Source: a virus
Lineage: Duplodnaviria > Caudoviricetes
DNA: 64,000 nt
Virus record (IMG/VR): IMGVR_UViG_3300020577_009814
Location: 1-64,000 of that record
Strand: one strand, 5' to 3'
In this document: positions 58,701 to 64,000 of the stretch, one piece after another
Layout of the letters: every line of letters starts with the position of its first letter
How positions within the stretch are numbered: the stretch's first letter is position 1
Made by a program: the position numbers and the translations under genes
The notes under the pieces: generated by a model
Told to the model about the DNA's origin: nothing
What the model saw: only the letters and a program-made list of their open reading frames with translations
Database searches by the model: none

Positions 58701-60073
58701 TCAACTAATTCCCCTCCCGAAAGAGTAAGTAATCTATCGCCTAAAGCTAAAGCTTGGGTTTGAGTATCTTTAGCATAGAGTTGGCCTAGTTCTCTATGGC
58801 GCATCAATTCTGGAAGCTCAGTAAGCATTCCTAAACGCTTTACAGTTTGAGCATCTGGCTTTGCAAATTTAAAAATTCCAACTGGAACATCCATCAATCC
58901 AGGAAAAATTGGGATTTGTAAACCTAGCCCTGAATCTGAAGTTATATACTCAGATAACCCTTTTCTAATATTAGATTGTTGGGTAAGATTAACAACTTTC
59001 CCTTCTCTAGTTACAATATAACCACTTCTAGATTGCCGCCATCTAGCAAGAACTCTATCTAGTTCTGGATGAGTCTGGCCAACTCCTTCCACGGTAGGTG
59101 AAAAGAGCTTCTCCATATCTCCTTTAATAGAGTTTAAAGCTTCTTCGAGATGGCTATCTCCAGTTGTATTACTTTGTCTAGTACTACCTAAATAGTGTTC
59201 TAGTTGTTTGTAAATTGGCCCTTGTTTATCTTTAGCTGCTTTTTCAAGATCTCCAATTGTGAGTTCTTTAGATTTAGGATAAAACAGTCTTCTAGACAGA
59301 TCAGTTTTCTCCTTCATTGCATCCATGTGCCCAATCATGGCATTAGCAATGGTTTCAGCATTTTGACCAGTATGAATGGCTGCATTAATGCCTGGTCTGT
59401 GGGGCTGAATTGGGCCTACATGATCTCTAAGAATATTACTAAAAATATCTCTTTGATTCTCTGCAAACCCTGGCTTAAAAGTAATACCCAGCTCTTCGGC
59501 TGTAGCTCTAAACTGAGCCATAGCACTAGAGGTTGTAATTTTTCTAAAGTCTGATACCTCTTGGGCTTTACCTACAAAGCCTAATCTACCAGCTAAGATC
59601 CTTCTAGCTGTAGACCCTTCACTTAAATCTCCACTTAGTACATGCCCATCTACCAAGGCATCCATGAATGCCGAAGTTCTGGCTCTAGCTACTGAAGCAG
59701 ATGCAAAGACAGTCTGAATACCCTCAGCTACTTCTGATCCGGCTATAGCTTCGCTATCTAAGGTGGGCATAAATGCATTTCTAGCATTTTGGTTTTTTCC
59801 ACCAAGTTGGAACATTCTTCTAATGAAGTTCCCCTCTGAAGACCTAGGTTTAAGAGCTTCACCTCTATCAAAGAAATCTGCAATTTGGGATGCACCTTCA
59901 ATGGCATCTGCAAATTTACTTACAAATCTTTCAGACCCAGCAGCTAAAAAAGAACCTAGATAAGGCTTAGCTACAATTCCAGCAGTAACAATTGCCCCAA
60001 GTTTTGCAAGGCCAAAAGCTTTACTTACAAAACCATCTTTATCTCGATGATAGGGACTGCCAAAAAGATGCAT
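52742..60073 (-). CDS. tape-measure-like protein with intein, PD-(D/E)xK nuclease domain and degenerate SNase-like domain
   Basis: Follows tail tube and chaperone genes; long helical protein with hydrophobic segments; G^STVH...GTIDAI...LLDIKT...QITAY nuclease motifs. Confidence 0.7.
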   Translation of the reverse strand: MHLFGSPYHRDKDGFVSKAFGLAKLGAIVTAGIVAKPYLGSFLAAGSERFVSKFADAIEGASQIADFFDRGEALKPRSSEGNFIRRMFQLGGKNQNARNAFMPTLDSEAIAGSEVAEGIQTVFASASVARARTSAFMDALVDGHVLSGDLSEGSTARRILAGRLGFVGKAQEVSDFRKITTSSAMAQFRATAEELGITFKPGFAENQRDIFSNILRDHVGPIQPHRPGINAAIHTGQNAETIANAMIGHMDAMKEKTDLSRRLFYPKSKELTIGDLEKAAKDKQGPIYKQLEHYLGSTRQSNTTGDSHLEEALNSIKGDMEKLFSPTVEGVGQTHPELDRVLARWRQSRSGYIVTREGKVVNLTQQSNIRKGLSEYITSDSGLGLQIPIFPGLMDVPVGIFKFAKPDAQTVKRLGMLTELPELMRHRELGQLYAKDTQTQALALGDRLLTLSGGELVDHSNKYRVSATRTKGIHSSGAARRLRDVRSSTAEYTLDDAMHFKPNAGHAWFDTLAYNNIDSLGEVVYNPHQSSFGINSTKAAKPFLNRLYGSNLGKVDVEKLPPGQLLAYLLKDNNWANLAEGESANPALLGHALQHIIHQAASAPNSMGFLKTLNMSSARGKWLNPLLKLSEDPEAFAEYLQAGHLPAIHDLIGEALKDGKIPDHALIDSELFGGMNRKLQPHLFRAFTSVSDDVGLLYGVSGKEGGAAAVFKNKWFGKSNIGKAMGNFQKGLLGEYLAQTSIDDLGGKEPLEKLLLAARGAITGDGKEDNLISLLKGTELGKKLGIGSRTGYQTSEIVDMIHSVVHQESSEIGGVITTKDVIHERKMGELAIALNEQKRLLGIAKTDVFGRAKITEQYALAVDSLDINTSRKNALLAQMANDAHLTGVLQDRFRFGHPWTPEMEAMDPLNSSSWHATLSTGPGLQDFINDPLGTFAHTALDGFGAKEFFSSLIDPSRPLGPLASTIQILASMPQEIAEKVGLGLTAQDRVTTLRTVASFYGKRILPIVGAHYAYRGLNHGLHAAGLNGIDDLGANLFANVNLLGARLKDLAGMTEFNQSLVNRIPGLDQYFSPRSEDEYRDHLYYGEEEVREGRLWFFGSRSPATGGRIKYVRPSFYRRWKSHWMDDDLSDSWDPESPYNQNAKSKRRLIDNPNSLTINSGGAGGYTSIGEFGFGLPTSLGGGGDNMQFGSYESLHGGTGSQGGGGGRGVGGPAGVHIPGEHLIGGGGGDAISIGYNRGYIDANGFDPLAFVKAPIRALKRMSGLYGAAISRLPGYPGDGNHFNNQDPNAGHSFRRTMFLGDYGELGTLNIGEFFRRFVGADNQALDAPSQLTNNMPGWMGDKFATGNPYLRTPGIGELNLPGPAYERANPWVKNLRVRGSSVGYSEEELIRKWLNPMEPLDGADADDIVAFGCVDTETEILTKEGWKVLGQFKEGDLILTLNHETGLTEWHPIEYINKYWVGGRDLISIETQYHSSLTTPNHKWPVIKQYQKRTNNLGESFPERWEREWTTSDKLTSALNHIILSAKYSDFPTMETYSDDFVKLLAWYWTEGATQNGLISICQSKKVNMPYVEEIRAILENLFGPQTPNMKIANPNKLAMWAEYDQDLEKATFRLNVHASKSIIELAPNKIISLDFIYSLTEAQLNIFIETSIKADGKRSYTIGQSDPNRLKAIELACLLLGKSINRYESEWIYRYKDNERIAKEYILSFPDRELLGFRRIREKVTKKFYKGTVWCPTVKNATWCARRKGKVFYTGNSTVHLNIQRQMSKYGILVGAETSVYDEEHNISGTIDAITRGPNGYELLDIKTQGSKSWGTTPEKYIDQITAYMAITGIKQGHLVFVNRDDPSQIRVENYAFDPARWRGITDRIDRARAAVNQMVEKGTISPYETYDLLTRIDILSKVAPGSPEYRKAVQFAEESGGFGGFEKDRFEEAKRRAKRLSQTSRTYPYRYGVPTESQSLFIEDIGPNGEIITEMGTVKLAGVKFDKQAFINEDPESVLAKYGIVPGRMTNMTFVEGQFNPDTMADTSTDVIIGNANRKLIKAGIGHPDLDAKNPLAYKVLYGDSFMGKMAEKLLHSDNIISNKFLRVRSPLEQFERGEVYGIDHADWNDPIGTIIEPTISSMAHKNPITASLQTAFIASLFFGTTKGKLVGSGTGAIVGLTASLAAKAFDLFTGKTWTPSRYNKQTEFDEYWDTLEFVKYSTIAEAAKHKAKKEEGTDIDALESSDDREAVALGPWGTMAVWANRKARNTMYGYDENTGSLQSALSVIPGRHQQIAEEIINTGSLSEKRKFYNMLPDSEKRVLGKFLNADEVPNKPNLTAYFKQHYLPDSNWQGWNARTNDEDLKARAAANEELIIERPTRSRIEKARAYTGDVPIPRMDHPTYAWVNARIQSIIRDGGLHGVTAEASFTPSDYSSVNVDMDLFEDQTPQLMEKIRRSM
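54800..55834 (-). mobile_element. intein (345 aa) with LAGLIDADG-type homing endonuclease
   Basis: Begins CVDTETEILTKEGW, block B TPNHKW, LAWYWTEG and IETSIKADG motifs, ends VWCPTV...VFYTGN followed by Ser(+1). Confidence 0.93.
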
Positions 60074-60693
60074 CAGAATTCAGGATCTAAAATAATCTCA
60101 CCAGGTTGAGGAGCAATTTCAATAGTTTGGCCTTGCTTCCATTCAAAAGTAGTTCTAGACTGTTTAGCAACATCTCTACCTAGGGCATCTTGAGCAATAA
60201 CAGTTTCACTAGTAGATGTTCTAGAAGAACCAGTATTAATTCCAAAAGCTTCTTCAATGGGAATTTTATACATATTCTCAAATTGATATTTACCCATTAG
60301 TAGATACTTAGCATAGTTAGTAGGACAACAGTTATCTAATTGTTCTAAAGTTAACCCAGAGATCATTGAAACAGCAGCTGCCTCTAAAGCTCCAGTTTCA
60401 CTACTAATCCAATCTGCTGCAATTGTAAAAGTTAAAGACTCTTCGGTCAAACCTGAGATTTTATAGATCTCTGCAAGTAGAGTATTAGTAACTCCAGCAA
60501 GCATATTCTCCCAATCATATTCACCCAAAACAGAGCAGCTGAGAATGTACTCCTCAGCTGCAAACTTATCAGATTTAGTGCCTGCTATTCTTAATTCTTT
60601 AGTAGTAATTCCTCTGAAAATGTAATAACATTCTTTAAGTTTGTTATCAATTGCTTTTAACTTAAACCATCTAAAATTAGGATCCAGTTGCAC
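60073..60693 (-). CDS. putative tail assembly chaperone
   Basis: YIFRGITTKE...CSVL...LAG....L..EI..ISG pattern; GTG start with AAGGTG upstream; immediately before tape-measure-like gene. Confidence 0.65.
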   Translation of the reverse strand: MQLDPNFRWFKLKAIDNKLKECYYIFRGITTKELRIAGTKSDKFAAEEYILSCSVLGEYDWENMLAGVTNTLLAEIYKISGLTEESLTFTIAADWISSETGALEAAAVSMISGLTLEQLDNCCPTNYAKYLLMGKYQFENMYKIPIEEAFGINTGSSRTSTSETVIAQDALGRDVAKQSRTTFEWKQGQTIEIAPQPGEIILDPEF

Positions 60694-60704
60694 ATTAATT
60701 CACC

Positions 60705-61388
60705 TTAGAGTTCTTCAACATCTGTTTCCGAGGCCCAACCAGAAATTCTATTTGCGGTTTCTGAAAGTTTAACTACAACTCCCGTAGGAAGTAGATTCCA
60801 GTCAATTTCTTTTGGCCACATTGTAACACTTTTAACTAAAGATAAAACATCATCATCAGCTGTAGCAGCCAATTTAAGATCAATTCTAGTCATTGGTCTA
60901 AGTGCAAAAACCCATCTTCCAACTCTAACTCTAAAAAGCTGGAAAGAACTTTCACTCTTTAAGGTCTCAGTATCAGCTTCAGAGATATCACCCCAATAAG
61001 CAAAATCATTTAAGACACTGACATGGAGATCAGGACCTAAGGGATTACCTAAAATATCAACTTCAATAAAGCCAGATTTCTCTTGAATATCTTTGACAAT
61101 TGTAGGAATTGCTCCAACAACTAAATTCTCAATCTCCTCTTCAGAAAGAATGGGCCAAAGCACACATTGCTTAAAGAGTAGTTCATTTACTTCCTTAACT
61201 GGAAGTGAGCGGCCATGTTGTTCACTATCTGCTGCAAGATGTCTAATTTTGGCTAATAGATCATAATCAATTTGCTTGAAAACAGCTTCATCTTTCTTAT
61301 CTCCACTAGTCCATTTAAAGAGTGGAATGCTATAAGCAGCCTTTAACTCTTTGATTGTATCTTCACTAACTTTACCTTTTTTAAGCAT
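60705..61388 (-). CDS. putative tail assembly chaperone with two tandem domains
   Basis: Two related halves: VFKQI...CVLWP...GAIPTI...I..KSGF and ALRPM...VTMWP...GVVVKL...ANRISGW. Confidence 0.65.
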   Translation of the reverse strand: MLKKGKVSEDTIKELKAAYSIPLFKWTSGDKKDEAVFKQIDYDLLAKIRHLAADSEQHGRSLPVKEVNELLFKQCVLWPILSEEEIENLVVGAIPTIVKDIQEKSGFIEVDILGNPLGPDLHVSVLNDFAYWGDISEADTETLKSESSFQLFRVRVGRWVFALRPMTRIDLKLAATADDDVLSLVKSVTMWPKEIDWNLLPTGVVVKLSETANRISGWASETDVEEL

Positions 61389-61398
61389 ATCTAAACTC

Positions 61399-62313
61399 TT
61401 ATTTACTCTTAACGGAAGTATTCTCTGGGTTCATTTCTTTAGCTAATTTAGTTTTACTAGAATTAGGATGTAATCCAAGTAATTCACTCATCTCTAAAAC
61501 TTGAAGATCTCTAGCTTGAAAACTATAGGTTTCAATATAGACTTGGCCAGAATCATTTAGGCTTCTTGCTTGACCCATAATAGATACTCCAATTAATTTA
61601 ACTCCAGTACAATTGATATTTGATTTTTGGCTGTCATAATTATAGGGTTGAGTTACTGCCCCATCTGAATAAAAATCTTGAGTAGTTTGAAACTGTAAAG
61701 CTCTAGTTTGGGCTAGATTTGCCCCATAAACAATTGTTAAATCAAAACCAGACTCTGTAGTTTGGAAAGCTCCTTGGTTAGTCTTAACAACAGCTTCATA
61801 AGAACCATTAGGTGTTGAAATTTGTTGAGTAGCTGCCATTCGTCCAGCTTTAATGTTTTTAGCAAAAGCTGCAATTTGATCTGGAGTAAGATTTTCAATA
61901 TCTCCAGCTAATACTTCACCCTGATCGGTTAAGAAAGGTAAAGGCTGTCTGCCAACTACATTAGAAGTTTGTTGAGGCTGAGGCGGAGTATTTCTTCCAA
62001 TTCCTTTATTAGATTTTGTTAGATAATCTAGTAAAGAGAAAATATAGCCATCTCTCTTAAAGTTTAAAGATAACTCTCCTGCAATAATTCTAGCACCATG
62101 GTACATTTTTTGAGCTGTGTAGCTTGCATAACCATAGTAGGGCCTAACTTGTTCTGATACTTGGTAATTAATCTGAAGAGCATCTTCTAATAAAATATCA
62201 TTAGCATAAACTGCAACATCTTGGCCAGACCAATAGGTTGAACCAAATTGGTCAACTAGTTTCCAATCTTCTCCAATTCCATATTTTCTTGACAGTGGAT
62301 TATATGCAGCCAT
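61399..62313 (-). CDS. tail tube-like / tube initiator protein
   Basis: YWSGQDV...INYQVSEQVRPYYGYASY...GARIIAGELSLNF and C-terminal ETYSFQARD. Confidence 0.7.
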   Translation of the reverse strand: MAAYNPLSRKYGIGEDWKLVDQFGSTYWSGQDVAVYANDILLEDALQINYQVSEQVRPYYGYASYTAQKMYHGARIIAGELSLNFKRDGYIFSLLDYLTKSNKGIGRNTPPQPQQTSNVVGRQPLPFLTDQGEVLAGDIENLTPDQIAAFAKNIKAGRMAATQQISTPNGSYEAVVKTNQGAFQTTESGFDLTIVYGANLAQTRALQFQTTQDFYSDGAVTQPYNYDSQKSNINCTGVKLIGVSIMGQARSLNDSGQVYIETYSFQARDLQVLEMSELLGLHPNSSKTKLAKEMNPENTSVKSK

Positions 62314-63872
62314 TAGCTTAAAGTAATTTTATTTTCAATATAAACTATTGTGGGATTAATAGAATCCACAAAGTTTTGAGTAGGAGTCAAAGATATTTCA
62401 ATATTGTAATAGCTTTGGGGAATTTGAAAAGCATTGCCACTTGTGGTAACTGAGCCGGTATAAGTATAAGAGTTCCAATCAGCTTCAGTATCAACTGTAC
62501 CAGACCCTGTTACCGTAACAAAGTGTGGAGCTGAGCCTGGATAAATTCTATAGGGTCCATAAAAATCATTTACCTTTTTAGTATAGACTGCAAAAGGTGA
62601 GCTTCTATAAGAATCATAAATTGAATAGCTAATATTCAAGCCTGGAGGAGGATTAACAATTACTACATTGGGTTTAATAGTCATTGCAATTGAAACTCCA
62701 GAAGGAGCAGACCCAGAAGCTGTCCAAACAACTGAAGTATTTAATTGGCCTGAGACATTTAAAGTTATGGCTTGCGCAGTTTTCCAGATACCTAAATTAG
62801 GTTGCCAGGTAAAGGTATTCCCAGTACCATAAGGAGTTACTACACTTACTGTATTATTAATAGTCCCAGCACTGCTTGCTAGACTGGTTGAGACTGTATA
62901 AATAGCATTTTGAACTGTAGTATTTCCTACAGTCCAGTTGGCTGCTTCATAAGCTGCTTGAGTAGAGCTATCTAGGGTGTTTTGATTATCGGCTGCCACT
63001 GATCTAGGAACTGGACTACTTGAGTTCCACGTAGAATTACCATTTGGAGCAGTAAGCCTTTCTAGGTCTGCTATTATTCTTGACTTAGGGGTATTTGTAG
63101 TAGCATTATCTCCACTCAAACCTCTAGCATATTTATTTATTGAAATAATATTACTAACTGATGCAGCCATAAAGGAATATGAATCAGTTAATTGAACATC
63201 ATTAGTAGAGATATTTTTAGATGAGTCAATAAGTTTTACTGACCTGATTAATTGGGTAGCAGCCGCATCTCCCCTATCATTAAAGAAAATTAAATTGATG
63301 TCAAAGGGTGGAAGTTCAGTAGGGCTAGTAAAATTAACATGATCAGCAGTAGGCTCTTCACCTCGCCAAGCTGCATAGGCTCTTATAGCATTTGCAAAAG
63401 GATTCTCATCAAAAATAGTGAAACCTAAGGTACCAGCATGAAGAATATTACCAGTAGTAAAAGATTTAATCCCAGTTCTTCCAAAACCTACAACTGGATA
63501 CACATCTCTATGTTCTGATAAAGCTATAAGAGTTAGGCCAGGAAGTTCTACCGTAGATCCCCAATGCTCAGTTAAACTACCTGTGGTAGTTGATTTAGAT
63601 GCTTTTGTATTATATTTGGGAGCTAAAAATGGAAGCAATATCTGGGCAAAGATATTGGTAAAAGAAAAAGCATCCCAGTTGCCATACTTAGGATCATTAG
63701 CAGTAAGAGCTTGAAATTGATTATGCTTGGCTGCATGTTCTCTTACTTTATTTTGCTTTTTTAAATACTCAAGATCCTCTGGAGTAGCTTCTTTTACCAG
63801 AGGATTTTGATAGTAACCTGATTGTTCTTTCGGGCCAACCTGGTAAGGTTGGCCCTGATCAAGAAATGCCAT
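62313..63872 (-). CDS. tail tube-like protein with Ser/Thr-rich C-terminal extension
   Basis: HRDVYPV..FG....FT.G....AGTLGFTIFD, LPPFDI, IST.D.....SYSFMA tube-like motifs. Confidence 0.65.
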   Translation of the reverse strand: MAFLDQGQPYQVGPKEQSGYYQNPLVKEATPEDLEYLKKQNKVREHAAKHNQFQALTANDPKYGNWDAFSFTNIFAQILLPFLAPKYNTKASKSTTTGSLTEHWGSTVELPGLTLIALSEHRDVYPVVGFGRTGIKSFTTGNILHAGTLGFTIFDENPFANAIRAYAAWRGEEPTADHVNFTSPTELPPFDINLIFFNDRGDAAATQLIRSVKLIDSSKNISTNDVQLTDSYSFMAASVSNIISINKYARGLSGDNATTNTPKSRIIADLERLTAPNGNSTWNSSSPVPRSVAADNQNTLDSSTQAAYEAANWTVGNTTVQNAIYTVSTSLASSAGTINNTVSVVTPYGTGNTFTWQPNLGIWKTAQAITLNVSGQLNTSVVWTASGSAPSGVSIAMTIKPNVVIVNPPPGLNISYSIYDSYRSSPFAVYTKKVNDFYGPYRIYPGSAPHFVTVTGSGTVDTEADWNSYTYTGSVTTSGNAFQIPQSYYNIEISLTPTQNFVDSINPTIVYIENKITLS

Positions 63873-63886
63873 TTATTTAATGGATT

Positions 63887-64000
63887 TTAAAGAGAGCCAG
63901 TCATAACTGAGGAAACAACTCCTGCAGCATCAAACTCAACTGGACGCCATGGTTCAACACCAAGTGCAACAAAGCTCATACCAACTGAGTTGCCAAGATC
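63887..64000 (-). CDS. 3' end of a probable tail tube protein (partial)
   Basis: Manual translation DLGNSVGMSFVALGVEPWRPVEFDAAGVVSSVMTGSL*; SFVA matches the SFMA/SFQA ends of the two downstream tube-like domains. Confidence 0.55.
   Translation of the reverse strand, partial: DLGNSVGMSFVALGVEPWRPVEFDAAGVVSSVMTGSL

Noticed and set aside
3713-59963. All plus-strand ORFs in the track and short nested minus-strand ORFs (e.g. 14453..14641, 40748..40951, 42470..42655, 53260..53454)
   Set aside because: They lie wholly antisense to or inside long motif-bearing genes, lack motifs, and are expected shadows.
32693-63872. Extracellular contractile injection system / tailocin rather than phage
   Set aside because: Scale, intein, RuvC, GroEL/GroES and many small orphan genes fit a large phage better; capsid/terminase genes are not in this window so it cannot be formally excluded.
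1-64000. Alternative genetic code (stop-codon reassignment)
   Set aside because: Standard code already yields near-complete coding density with multi-kb ORFs, and TAA, TGA and TAG all appear as plausible gene ends.

Overview
About 64 kb of an AT-rich, densely packed, single-direction (all real genes on the minus strand, many TAATG/ATGA overlaps) segment of a large contractile-tailed (myovirus-like, probably jumbo) bacteriophage. Reading in transcription order (right to left): three tail-tube-like genes, two tail assembly chaperones, a 2443-aa tape-measure-position protein carrying an intein-interrupted PD-(D/E)xK nuclease domain, a 1607-aa protein with a DEDDh exonuclease-like domain, a 2774-aa baseplate hub-like protein, two cell-wall hydrolases sharing an N-terminal module, gp25-like and J-like baseplate proteins, a SEC-C-tailed glycosyltransferase, RuvC, GroEL, several paralogous families of baseplate/fibre proteins, a tandem double-domain GroES, a RemA/DUF370 homologue with an AT-hook, a degenerate dNMP kinase and a >7.7 kb sugar-synthesis/glycosyltransferase cluster that runs off the left edge. 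Three local lesions (an exact 68-bp duplication, a 54-bp in-frame duplication, a probable 1-bp frameshift) may be real or assembly artefacts. No rRNA, tRNA or CRISPR array was seen. All product calls come from motif recognition by eye and synteny, not from database searches.
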